Below, one piece after another: positions 38,230 through 49,959 of a stretch of 64,000 bases of DNA. This DNA is from Psammoneis japonica (Eukaryota). The translations under genes were made by a program, and so were the position numbers. Where the stretch lies: the NCBI GenBank assembly GCA_008632985.1, contig QPGO01000026.1, positions 186,001-250,000 of the forward strand, in the 5' to 3' direction. Below the pieces are notes generated by a model. That model worked only from the letters and a program-made list of their open reading frames with translations. It ran no database searches and was not told where the DNA came from. The first letter of the stretch is position 1, and each line of letters begins with the position of its first letter.

Positions 38230-39696
38230 AATGGGACGTGGATGACCCGGAAATGCTTGTGGAACGGCTTCCAGAGCGCCGCTGTCAGCTCCAGCTTGCT
38301 GTGCATGCTCTGCATGTTTCAGGAGGCAATTCTGTATTTTGCAAACAGCTAAAAGCTGATGCTGTCATGAGCTGTGTTCGGGACGTGGCTAAACCCATTG
38401 CACTGTTCGGCCGCTGTCGCGACCACAGCTGTGATCACCCGTCTGATGCTAGAATGGGTGCAATTTTCATGGCCATCAAGAGAGAGCTCGAACGGCATGA
38501 CGAAGCTCCACAAACCGCCGCGAGAGTTTCAGTGCCAAAATGCTGCAAGAATCCAAGGCGCGGGCTGATGCCCGGCATTCTGCTGACCCGGATGGCTTTG
38601 CTTGTGTCATTGCCGACTGGTGCCAGGCATGCCTGTTCTGTGGTGCCCGTCTCCAAGAGTGGGCACAGACTGTGAGCCGAAAGAATCCGGAGCTTCCCGC
38701 ATTGAACTTCAAGGGAGCCACTCGTGCATGGTGCCTGAACGATGTCCGCATCGAAACTGCGAACTGTCAACATCTCAAGGGAGCTGACATCTTGAATGTC
38801 CCGGTCGAGTCCATGGGTCAAGTGGCGCACTCAGAAGAATGGTCGTCATGGCGAGGAAAAGATCTTCACCTTGAATCTTTGCCAAGGTGGGCTTGATCTG
38901 GTCAAGCCCATGTGCCGCATTGTTGAACGGTTCGTCCGCATTCGTGGCAAGGACGATGCAACGACACCTGACGAGTTCCAGCCCCAGGTGGGAGCTCGCA
39001 GTGCTGACGTGTGACACAAATGATGTTTGTCATCCGTGGTGTGTTTTGCACGTACATTTCCACATGTGACATTTGAAAAAAATTGTCCAGACTCGCTGTT
39101 TTGCGAAGCCCCAGATGTTTTATTTAATGAATTTATAGAAACAACAACGCACCAGTTACATTCTTCAATGTCTGAAGAATGCAACTGGCCAAGTAAAAAA
39201 TGATGCACTTCAATCATGGGCGAGTTTGTGCGTTCGCAAAAATTGCCTCATTTTCTGTTGGCGAGCATTGACATTTTAATTGCCGGACAATTTTACTACG
39301 GAGCTCGCACGTAGAATTCTGCGGGCCCAATGTCACACGGATTCCCACCTGCATCTGGAACGCGTCTGCTTTGTCGCTGCACACAAGCCTGCTGGCAGTG
39401 AGTGTAAACTCATCACCTCCAAGGATGTCGAAGAGGACATGCGTGAGGTGGCCGCCAAGGTCTACAAACTTGATCCGAAGAAGGATGAAAAGGCCATCAA
39501 GCGGTGGTCGGCCCACTCTCTTCACGTCGGTGCTTGCTCGATGCTCCACCAAATGAGTTTCAGTGCTGAATCCATCCAGTTTCTTTTGCGTTGGCGCTCT
39601 GCTGCTTTCATGGTGTGCTTGCGTAATTCCACTTTGCTGGCAGATCACCAATGCCGGGCGCTCGACCGCTCTGCGGCCATGCCCCACTTTTTGTAA
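38226..39696 (+). pseudogene. Tyrosine recombinase of the YR retroelement (frameshifted, MITE-interrupted)
   Basis: HSLHVGAC...IQFLLRWRSAAFMVCLRN, with the catalytic Tyr position reading TGC at 39616. Confidence 0.88.
38970..39366. mobile_element. MITE, inverted copy of 22921-23316
   Basis: Reverse complement aligns over the full length; TIRs present; no exact TSD. Confidence 0.9.
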
Positions 39697-41422
39697 TTTT
39701 TCCAAAATTGTTGTTTGAAAATTTGCATTTTTCTTTCTTTTTCGAACATGGATGCATTCATTCTGGTTGTGCCTCTCTCTTTGCGGCATGCTGACATCCG
39801 ATAGATTGTGGGCATCGTTTTTTGTCTGCCCATTGATCGCGAGTTCCTCTTCGGCATTGATTCTACACTCGTCCACGTCCACATCATCGTGACGTGTCTG
39901 GCTCTTTGGTCACATGATCGATTTGACTCAAGTTTGAGTTCCATTCTGCGGTTTAAATCCCGTTTCTTTTTTCTTTTTTCTTTTTTTTCCGGCTGGCTCT
40001 TGTGCCTCCGATGACATGGGCGCGCACATTGCACTTCGTACAATGCATCGGCAGCAGCATGGTCTGTTCACACAGTGCTGGGGAACAAAATGGACGGATT
40101 TAGATCCACAGATTTGTTCCCCATTTTCTAGCTGCTGTCTCAGCAGCATCACACGAACACATGTGCTCGCACATGTGCCACACATTGGCTGCATTCGTGT
40201 GTTGATTGTTGCATCCATTCGGCAGCTTGCACTGTGCCATGTCATCGGGGTTGTAGCCAAGCCGAGGCGGTGGCAGGGAATCTACGATTCTCGAGGCCAA
40301 GACGGCAGGCCAAGCACAAGGAGAGGACACCTTGTGGGCGGTCGCGCTCTTGAAGGAGTCACCGTGCGACAGCAGCGTGCAGTCAAAGGTGGATGGACAG
40401 ATGACGGACGACGACGAGAGGCCGCCCATGTTCCCCTCATTGTTCTTGGCAGACGATCGGCAGCAATGGGATCAGTTGCGATGTCCCGACATGGGCCAAC
40501 AACGCTGAAAATTCCCACCCACACCGCCCTCTGTTCACACAGTGCTGGGGAACAAAATGGACGGATTTAGATCCGTAGATTTGTTCCCCATTTTCTAGCT
40601 GCTGTCTCAGCAGCATCACACGAACACATGTGCTCGTGCATGTGTCATGCATTGGTCACATTCGTGTGTTGATTGTTGCATCCATTCGGCAGCTTGCACT
40701 GTGCCATGTCATCGGGGTTGTGCCGGTGGCCAAGCCGAGGCGGTGGCAGGGAATCTGCGATTCGAAAATTGCAGGTACGATCGATTGACGATGTTGACAT
40801 CTTGCGTGTCAACTGCAATCGCATCCGGACAATCTGTTGTCACGAACATGTTCGCCGAAAGGCCTTTTGTCTGCAGAAGCAGTGCAGAAGCTTCAGACCA
40901 TTGAGAACTCGTTCGGAGAAACCAAAAATCACAGAGCAAAATTTAATCTCACAATTTTCCACTTTTCGCACACTGCTCTACTTTCGTTTGCACTCGTTCT
41001 TCGAGCACAGTGCACCTTTGGCCCTCAACCCTTTACACAACATCATTCATTTAGCCCCACACATGCTGCAAGTGCTGCGATTGCCAATTTCACTGCACAT
41101 CATTGCAAAATAAATGCAACAGAAACAAGGTGTTTGCAGCCGTTAGCTTCAAACAACAAAATCGCAACCATCGCACCATGGCGACACGAACGATGATTTC
41201 TCCACAACAATGCCTTCAAGAAACCCAACACTCCAATGAAAGACATGTGACACAAACTCACACACAAAAATGTTGAAAGTTCTGGTGGAATGGGCTTGTT
41301 GGGGGGGCTGCGGGGACCAACAAGGAACAGTGTCACGCGACAACATTTTGTCAATTGCAGTCTGATGAGACCGAGAAAAGGGAAATGGCCCACACCGTGA
41401 AGCAAAGACCAAGTTGGAAAGA

Positions 41423-42436
41423 ATGGATGCAGAGAAGAGGGCTTCTGATGACAGCCCCACGAAGCTGCAGGAAGATCACTGTGTTGCAGCAAAGGACCTT
41501 GCAGCCATGAATGCCGTGCAAGCAAAGTCTGATGAAGATGATTTCCATGACCTCGATGATTCCGAGAGGGAGCTCCTCATGGAGAGCGACATGGAAGATG
41601 ACTGCTCGGAGTTTGAAGAAGACAATTTCCATGACCTTGATGACTCCACCAGCATGCTTCCCATGGAGAACGACGTGGAAGAAGATGACGAATCAGAGCA
41701 ACAAGAGTGCAATGAAATGGAGGGCATGCATTTTTCAAAAGAGAAGACAGGCAAAGTTGCTCGCAACTGGGAGGAAATCTTTGAGAAATTGGTGCAATTC
41801 GAAAAGGAGAATTGGTGGTTTCTAAAAAAAGGAGACAACAAGGTGAGCCGTGGCTGCTGTTTCATTTGTCACTCAAGCAGGAGATGCACTCTCAACACAG
41901 TGTTGTTGTGAATTTTTGTCTCCGATTTTTGTTCCGCTGTGACAGAGCTTACACAAATGGATGACAAATCAAAGGGAGAGGTACAGGAAAACAGCAGATC
42001 CGATGTATGAAACGAACCACACAGCTCTGACAAACACACAGTATGACAAGTTAAGCGGCATTGGTTTTCCTTTTGAGAGTCATTATCATGAGGAAACACG
42101 GAATGAAAACTTTGCCAAATTAAAGGAGTTTGTAGAGAAAGGCGGGGACGTCAACGACATGCTCCGCAAAACATGTAAGTGCGGCGCTGTTTATTCTTGC
42201 AACTTGATCGCCGTTCTTTCGTGCACTCCTTTTTCGTGTCACTCACCATTCTTCACACTGTGCCACAACAGCCTTTGTACGAGTGGGTCAACGCTCAACG
42301 ACGGAAGCATCGAGTGAAATACGACCCGCGATACGGTAATCCAGCGGGTCGATCTAAACTGACCGACGATCTGGAGCAAAGACTGAAAAGCCTTGGCATG
42401 GAATTTGAAAAAGATTACTCACGACGATATCCTTAG
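41423..42436 (+). CDS. Helicase-associated (HA) domain protein, multi-exon, 5' part hypermutated
   Basis: RNWEEIFEKLVQF, WMTNQRERY...YDKLSGIGF, LYEWVNAQRRK...LKSLGMEF; probable introns near 41843-41945 and 42175-42271. Confidence 0.6.
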
Positions 42437-42536
42437 TACAAGATCATGACGCTTCCAACCTTCCCCCCGCAACGGTTTGTTGTGAAACCATGCACGAACC
42501 AAATAATAAAAAATACATGCATTGGTGTTAATCACG

Positions 42537-44466
42537 CTACACTAAATTACGATTTCGAATCTCAACCCAGTCTCCCCGTTCATTAGAGTCGCTCTTGAGA
42601 GGCCCTTCCACATCCTCTTCAAACGTTACGGGGCGCTTGGTTATCCGAGCATTCCCACACACGGCACATGACAAGTGAAGGGGGTCCGTATTGACATAGG
42701 TGCACATGGAGCATGTCCATTCCTGTTCTGTGTTTTCGGATGTCTCGGAAAAGCTACTAGATATTCGTGCATGCCGAGGCAAGTCATATCCCCGACGACA
42801 TGGAACCTTCACTGGTATGATCAGGTGCAACAGCGGCCGCGGACGACGACAAATCACGATTCGCTTCACCTTCTGTTTCACCATCGTCTTGGAATTTCCC
42901 GGCTATCCATTCACCAACTTGCACTTGTCCATCCGCATACGTCATTTTACCCCGTCCTTCGAAATTTCCCTTGACAAATCCGCCATCGTATTGGGTACCA
43001 TTCGGCCACGTCATGATCCCACGTCCATGTCGTCGGTCGTGCTGAAAGTTTCCCTTGTACACCTTGCCGTCCTTCCACGTATAAACTCCAACGCCGTGTC
43101 TCTGGTCCTGTCGGTATTCGCCTTCATACACGTCACCATTGATGCAGGTTGACCGTCCAAAGCCGTGCCATTGTCCGAATCTCCATTCGCCTTCATACGT
43201 TCGATCGTCGTGGCTATACCAGAACCGACCCAACCCATGAGGAAGACCGGTGCTCTTAAACAACTTACCCGTGTAGCGTCCCTCATCGCCATAGGGATCC
43301 ACAAGCTGCACATTGGTCACCTTGACAAAGTCTTCCTCTTGGCTGGATGGTGCTTGGATTGCTCCGTTCTTTTCCATTTCATAAATCGTCACGAGTCGAT
43401 CATCGTTGGTTTTCTTGTACACGACACCCTTGGCGAAATCCTCCTTGACGCTGTCGGGAGCAGACCCCAAGACGTTGTTGACAAGTGTTACTATATTCTT
43501 GTCACCATCATCTCGGGATGATGGGCGGTTCTTTTTCTTTCTGCGTCGATGATTCCGGGGAAACGAGGGTTGACTGAGACGTGACGACATGGAGACCGAA
43601 TCCAGAGGCTGATGATCGTAGGATTCCTCTGACGATTCTCCGTGACTCCGACGACTATGAGACGTCAAGCCTAATTCCTCTTCCACATTGTGCAAGAGCG
43701 ATTCACGGGGCGTTCCTCCTCGATTCCGATTTCGTAGCGAGACGGACAACAAGTCTTTCTTCTTATGCTTCAAATCCTCTCGCTTCGTTTGTTTTTCTTG
43801 AGCCGTCTGAAAATCTCCCGCTTGTCCTGCTTGAATCATTTCTAATTCGAGATATTTAATTTCTTTTTCAAGAGCTCTCAGAGCGGTCGACATGCGTTGT
43901 TCCTCGTCGTGTTGCTTCTCGCTGTCCGCATGGTCAACTTTCACATTGGTATTGTTGTTTGGAAAATCCACGTCTGCGTGTACAAATCGACGTTGGCGTT
44001 CAAAGTGATGTGATGAACTCGAAAGTGGCTCATTTTCGGTCCATGTTGCATTATGATTCCGTCTTGTAGCCGACATGGTTGTATTCATGGCGCCGTTGTG
44101 CGCCGTGTCGTTGTGTCGTGGTTGTTCGTCGTTGTGTCGTGCGTTTTCTCGCTGATTTCGTGTTGTGGTGTTGTTGCTGTTTATCTCTGGGTAATGCATT
44201 CCCGATTTTTGTATCGCACGGAATTGACTTTTGTCACTCAAATTGTATTGTATATCGCTTTTTGGGTGATTAGTTATCGCTGTGGCGCTGAACATGCGGT
44301 TTAGTAGCAGTCGCTGTTGTTGTTCTCTCTGCGGTTTCTTTGCTGTTGCTGTTGTTGTCTTGTGCGTGTTGTGCCGCGATAGAAGAGGGTTCTCCCCCGC
44401 GTGAGACGTAGGCCTACCTTTGGTATGTAGGCTCCGTAGGACACGCGGTATTCGATAATTCAACAT
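42537..44466 (-). CDS. MORN-repeat protein with C-terminal RanBP2-type zinc finger (1-nt frameshift near 42790)
   Basis: Repeated YEGEW...HGxG MORN units; WTCSMCTYVN...CAVC in the adjacent frame. Confidence 0.8.
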
Positions 44467-45198
44467 GGAATTTTAAGTCACGAGTCGAGCATACAATCCT
44501 ACATAGTCAAATATATAGTTATATATGCGCTACTCACAAGTCTTGGCGATAAGTACACGTTTTCCGCGAAATAATTGCGATAGCTAATTTTTTGCCGCGG
44601 TTTCAGTCGTGGGTAAATGGATATACAAATATGAATAAAGAAGAAATTGTACTAAATTTCAATTTTACGTATCTTGGACATTTCAGTGGTCTGATCGGGC
44701 ATAAAAGGGCAATATGCCACCTGTCTAAGACCTTATAATCATTTTTGAATAAAAGTAAACAATAATTGTTGGAGTCCGCGCAAACGTGACGCGCACAGAC
44801 CGTACCTGCGCGAACGTCCGCCCGTCGATCAACAAGCGAGCTCACTCTTTTCTCTTGCTGAAGCTCCAGCTCGAGTCGCCACACTATTGCTCCTTCTCCA
44901 GCGAAGCCCTAGTGACTAGTTGCTCTAGCGAGTATTAGCCTCTCTAAAGAGTTTACACTCCTTTTTCTATTTCTAAATTTTCTTGTTGCATATTATAGGA
45001 CTGTCTGCTGTATCGTTGGCCATTGTGAAGGTGAGCGCCGTTGCAACATGACAGAACATGATGTAGGTTACGATTGGCACTATTCGGCGCAGTCGTTGGA
45101 AGAGATAATCTAAAATCATCGCTGGGCATTCACACAGTTTCCTCTGTTGTCCCTTTCGAAAAAAGGCGGTGGAATGTAATAAATGTCGACTCCTGTTG

Positions 45199-46393
45199 TC
45201 ACCGTGCATGGTGCAAGGTCTCGGTGTGGTTTCGTTGGGCTAAAGATCCAGTACTGCGCACAGTCTGTGTTGCAGCTATTTTCTCTGTGGTCTCCTTTTC
45301 TTCTTGTCTACTCACCAACAAATTGCCCACTTTACGCTGTAGACTCTTGAGTAGCAAACCGCGAATGGATGCTGCGAGCTGATCATCATCGTCCATCAAT
45401 TCAAAGAGAATGGCACTGTTGAGTCTCATAAAGGTTGCGCCTCTCTCACCAATCGTTGTGGTTTCCATGGGATAATCTTGATCTTCGTCCACGATTGTGT
45501 TTTTGTTTTTTCGTTGTTGTTCTTTTGCGATTCTTGCGGTCGAGATTGTACAAGAACCTCATGTCCCCGTTAAAGCCCACCGCGCTGGGATCGTCAATGG
45601 ATTTGCCTTCGGTTCGATTAATGGTGTAAAGGACAGAGTCCTTGTAGGACACAATGTAGTCGCCTTCCGATAGCCAATAGAGATAATCTACTTCAGGATG
45701 ATCCCCACTATTGTCTCGTTCATCAATCAAGACATCTCCCGGTGACGCCGTGATCCAATCGATACAGTCGGCCGCCAGCATGGATCGGTATTGGATCCAC
45801 GAAACACCGGAGGGTTTGAACAATTGTTCAAATACCAAATCATCCAATTCCGTATGCTTGGTAAAGAAGGAACGAAGGATTGGATAAATACTTCGTGAAA
45901 ACAAATACGCATACAATCCCAGCAGTGGCACGTCAAACAACAATTGGTCCATGGCGATTTCGTGATCCTTCAAGTAGGTTGCTTCCATTCCAAAGACCCG
46001 TCCCAGAACCAAGGCGAGACGCAAAAACATGGTTGTGGGTGCCACGAGCGTGAGTACGTCGAGAATGACTCGAGACAACTCTGTGAGAACGCCCGACGCT
46101 TGTGCCGCGTTGGTGGTTTCTTCGAGTACTTGAGAGGGATGGATGAGATCGAAAATATAAGAGTCTTGTGCCGCGGATGCTTCTTTTAAGGTGTCCAACA
46201 ATGGAAACGAGTCATCAAACGGTGATGGTGGAGTCACATGGAGACGTGATGTCGTCGTTGTGGCTGAGAAAGATTGTCGATGTTGTAGAGGTGACGTTTG
46301 TCGCGGTGCCCAAGCTGTGGTGGTCATGCAACAGTGCTGCGCGACAATCATGAAAGCAGCTACAGAATTTCGTTTTCGTTGATGATTCGTCAT
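45199..46393 (-). CDS. Popeye/cNMP-binding-like membrane protein, possibly plastid-targeted (frameshift near 45505)
   Basis: Signal-like segment ending TTAWAP (ASAFAP-like), hydrophobic helices, FEQLFKPSGVSWIQYRSML, YLYWLSEG; C-terminus in ORF 45199-45492. Confidence 0.55.
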
Positions 46394-46695
46394 GGTACTA
46401 CGTTGCGGCACTCTTGTTGCTAGTGCTAATACGCTGATGGGATGGGCAACGTCGTTTGTTCAAGCGATGTGACAGCTGTATTGCTTCAACGAGAAAAGTT
46501 GTGAGAAAGCACGACGTCGCGTTGACGTCGAAAAAACCGAAAAAAAGTGACCACGTCATCGATTCCACGTCACGATGACGCTCTCAAACGTGCATGCCCG
46601 TCCTGCGCGGGCCGGGAGCCTCCACCCGACTGACGACGACGACTCCTCCCACACTCGCTCTCGTCCTCCCTCTCCGTCTCTCTCCGTGCTATTCA

Positions 46696-47110
46696 ATGTT
46701 TATGTGGGACGATCGATTTGAGATTGATCCAAGAGTTGCAGGCATTCAAAGCTGTCTATGGGCATTTCAATGTACCTGAGGACCATTTTGACAATTTCGA
46801 GCTGGGACAATTTGTAATGAACCAATGCAGCCAGCACAAGCGAATCTGGACGAGCGTCTGCGACGCTTACAGCAGAACGGCTTGTTGTCTTGGAGGGAAT
46901 TGGATTTTATTGGAATGATCAACCGCAGCAGTGGTCTCAAATGAGATGTTGTGTGATTACTCAAAAGGCGAGGGTACAGCAAGGGTCAGAGCTCCGATAC
47001 TTAAAAATCTCGTGTGGGGTCTAGATGATGAATCGCAGCTGTCGAAGCCATTCCTGGTTTTGTTGGATCGTTCGAAACGAAACTATTCCGGAAGGGCCGT
47101 TCAGAGGCAG
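46696..47110 (+). pseudogene. Degenerate HA-domain gene fragment
   Basis: WDDRF..ELQAFKAVYGHFNVP...LGQFVMNQ, ERLVVLEGIGFYW spread across frames. Confidence 0.6.
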
Positions 47111-48722
47111 ATTGCTCCAAGCTCTTTGAGGGCATGCGCGAGAAGGGCTTCTCTCGACCCGAGCAACCCTTGTTTGAAGACCAATCGTGCTTATTTGACA
47201 ATGAAGCTAGAGATACTTTGACTTAGAAAGACGTAGTTAAGCTATGGAATGCCGATGAGGACTACGGTGATGATGGCGATTCCTCGGTGTAAGGTACGAT
47301 ACATCAAAAAATATTTTTGGCATTAGAAAAGGGCACGGCGAGAACAGCTGCTGGAGACAAGGATCACTGCTAGCTTCGGGATTATGCCAAGCATCGTATC
47401 GGTGGGATCTCCGAGAATAATGCACTCTATATTTGTAGTGCAGGAAGAGAAAGGAGCCGGAGAGACCCAAGACGAAGACGATTTACTCGTGGAGTCAAAC
47501 AGAAAGACTTTGACACTTGAAGCCTTACAGATGGACAATTGTCATTGGTTTGTTCCGGCGAATCAAGCTGTGGAGGCAATGGAGGAAAAACAGCAGTGAT
47601 AAAGACGAAAATCAGACCAGAGCAGCCAGCAAAAGTCGTAAAGCACAAAACTCAAAGGGAATCGCAAGCTATGTTTTGAGATCCAGGAGGTAATTTTTTT
47701 GGTTTGGGCTTGTTACCTTGCCGACTATATTTGTTTCCGCTCCTGCAGACAAAGCCATTGTTGACGTTCTTCATGGCGGTCTGAGTCTTTAAGACATGAG
47801 ATAGAGCTCCTATTTTTGATCTTACGTTGAGATAAATTGGATCAAAACGCACGCGCGCTGTATATAGTGAGTGAGGTGATGCAACGCAAAAGAACTATCT
47901 ACACTCCTTTGTTGGTAATCTATTACTTTTTACAATTTGAGCAGGTGCCGTGAACCGAAACACAAAGAAACCATGCAGTGGATCACGCCTTCGCATAAGA
48001 TCTGGGATCATTCATGCAAGTGGTTGGTGTATAAAACAAAGAGCAACCCCGGAGAAGAGCAAATCCGGATCCATCATCCGGAATCTAATCACAAAAGTCG
48101 TATTCAATGGAATCGTCAAAAGTACCCTCGATGGTCGACCAGCTAACACAAGTCGAAATGCGAGGAGAAGAGGAAGTTGTCTCTCCGCCGTCCAAGGTAT
48201 CTTGTTCTTCGTCTTTCAAGCAGGGGTAGCAAACTTCAACATAACCAAAGCCACTGTGATTGGAGGTCACGGAATCTTTATCATCGTCCTCGTCTTGCTG
48301 TTCTTGGACATGTACTTCGCTTTCTTTGCGTGGACAACTCACGCGTTGGACTGGCTTTGGAGGCGACGACAATTCAGACGATGCAGGTAACGTGGAATTG
48401 CAAGAACGAGTTTTCCCATCTACAACAATATGAGAAGGTACAACAGACAAGGACTTTTCTTGGACAGCTGTAGCGTCTTTTTCTCTGAGACGGCGTGCCA
48501 CTGCAGCCGCCGCAGCAGCTGCGACACGGAGCCTGGCTCGATCTTTCGGGTCTCCCCTGGTTGACTCACAAAGTGACCCCGCAGATAGGCGCTTTGGCTT
48601 GTCGGTTTGCGCCGAAATCTTCCTAGAAGTTGGGCTGTTTCCCCGATGCTTTTGCATTGAAAAAAAAATTGAGTTACGGTGATGAGATGGTGGCATTTGA
48701 TAAGATCAATACTTTGATTTTG

Positions 48723-49776
48723 TCAACGTACCGCTGAATTAATGGGTTTCCTAACACTTTGCTTGCGGCAAATGGACTTGCTTTCTCTACTGCTCAGCTT
48801 CTTCCTCTTCCGCGACTTTTGCTGCGATGCGATGGATTTGTCGTAGTCAAGGTCTAAGATTGAAGCATCATAACCATCCCGCTGCATAGCATGCTTTACA
48901 GCTATAAATATCAGGCATGGCGAGAAACAGTGAGATAGACAGTAAGTACGAAACGAACATGTTCCAACTGCTGAACGTCTGCGAACCTTCTTTGGGCAAA
49001 CCCATCTTCAGCATTTTAAAATACTTTGTATACTCAGGGACATCCTTCAATGGAGGGTCATCACCAGCGGGCTCTTTCTTTCTCTGGCGCTTGAGTGACT
49101 TGCTGGGATCGAGGTCGAGAATCGATGGGTCCTTTCCATCGCTTTGTAGCGCGTGTTTGACAGCGCCAATTGGAAGCTTCATTTTCAGCATTTGAAAGTA
49201 CTTTGCGAATTCGGGATCGTCCTTCAATGCCGGGTCGCCGCCATCTTCTTTGCCGATTTCGTCGACAATTTGTGATTGTAAGCTCTTCTCAGGGTTCAAG
49301 TCTATAACCCTAGGATCTTTCCCACAGAGCTGTAGCGTTCTCTTGATCGGTCCCAACGGAACCCCGATGGCGCGTAATCTAAAATAACGAGCGTACTCTG
49401 GATCATCTTTTAGTGGAGGATCGTCACTTTTCCAATCGTCCTTCCCCACAGGTAGTTGCGATGAAAGACTCTTGCCGGGATTGAGATCCAGCACACGCGG
49501 ATCTTTTCCGTCTTGCCGCATGGCATAGGCGACGACTTCTTGCGGAACTCCAATTCTGATGAATTTGATGTACTTGGAAAATTCAGGATCGTCCTTCAAA
49601 GGAAGGTCGTTATTGTGCTCCTGCCTGTTGCTCTTACCCTCTGGTTTTGATTCAAGGACCCTTTCGGAGTCGAGAGCGCATCTTTTGGGGCCCGCCTGAT
49701 CTGAGACGTGTTTCGGGATTCCAACTTTCATTTTGGAGCACCGCACTGGGTTTTGAAGAGCAGCGCTACGACCCAC
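48723..49776 (-). CDS. Protein with four CCDC53(WASH)-like repeats, 5' end uncertain
   Basis: LKDDPE(Y/F)xKY..M..G.P...DGKDP..LDL repeated; intron 48986-48902 completes repeat 4; stop at 48723. Confidence 0.7.
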
Positions 49777-49959
49777 TTTCTATGCAAGAAGATGCACTGC
49801 CCTGATAATTTACAATGTCTCACTGAAGCCTTGCCAGTCGAATGGCTCTTCGATCGCTCAACCCTTATAGTTATGGGTACTCAGGAGAAAAGGTGAATCC
49901 CAAAATGTGTGAGGCAAACCACGAGAGACCGCGATGATGAGTTCAGTCGTGAAACAGGC

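Larger units (their letters stand above)
30714..40762 (+). mobile_element. Complete Ngaro/PAT-type (DIRS order) tyrosine-recombinase retrotransposon with split direct repeats A1...B1-A2-B2
   Basis: A1 30714-30939, B1 40063-40289, A2 40290-40516, B2 40530-40762; gag-like, RT/RNase H and YR ORFs; no TSD; empty site visible at 8790/8791. Confidence 0.92.
8279..41014 (+). mobile_element. Putative giant non-autonomous LTR element (LARD-like) with cargo and nested insertions
   Basis: Homologous TG...CA direct repeats at both ends; CCTT at 8275-8278 and 41015-41018; purine tract ggggaggcgag just before the 3' repeat. The joined flanks form the palindrome ttgagggcc-ttt-ggccctcaa. Confidence 0.7.
30598..41014 (+). 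repeat. 3' LTR of the giant element, split into 30598-30713 and 40763-41014 by the YR retroelement
   Basis: The two halves join as ...gatcggatgt|cgaaaattgc..., identical to the uninterrupted sequence at 8781-8800. Confidence 0.85.

Noticed and set aside
28370..39696. Alternative genetic code (TGY/CAY read as Tyr)
   Set aside because: Neighbouring host genes use TAY normally, and non-coding repeats show the same changes
30714..40762. Reciprocal CA vs TG differences as sole proof of TpA mutation
   Set aside because: CpG deamination gives the same pairs; only TA-containing comparisons and Tyr motifs were counted as evidence
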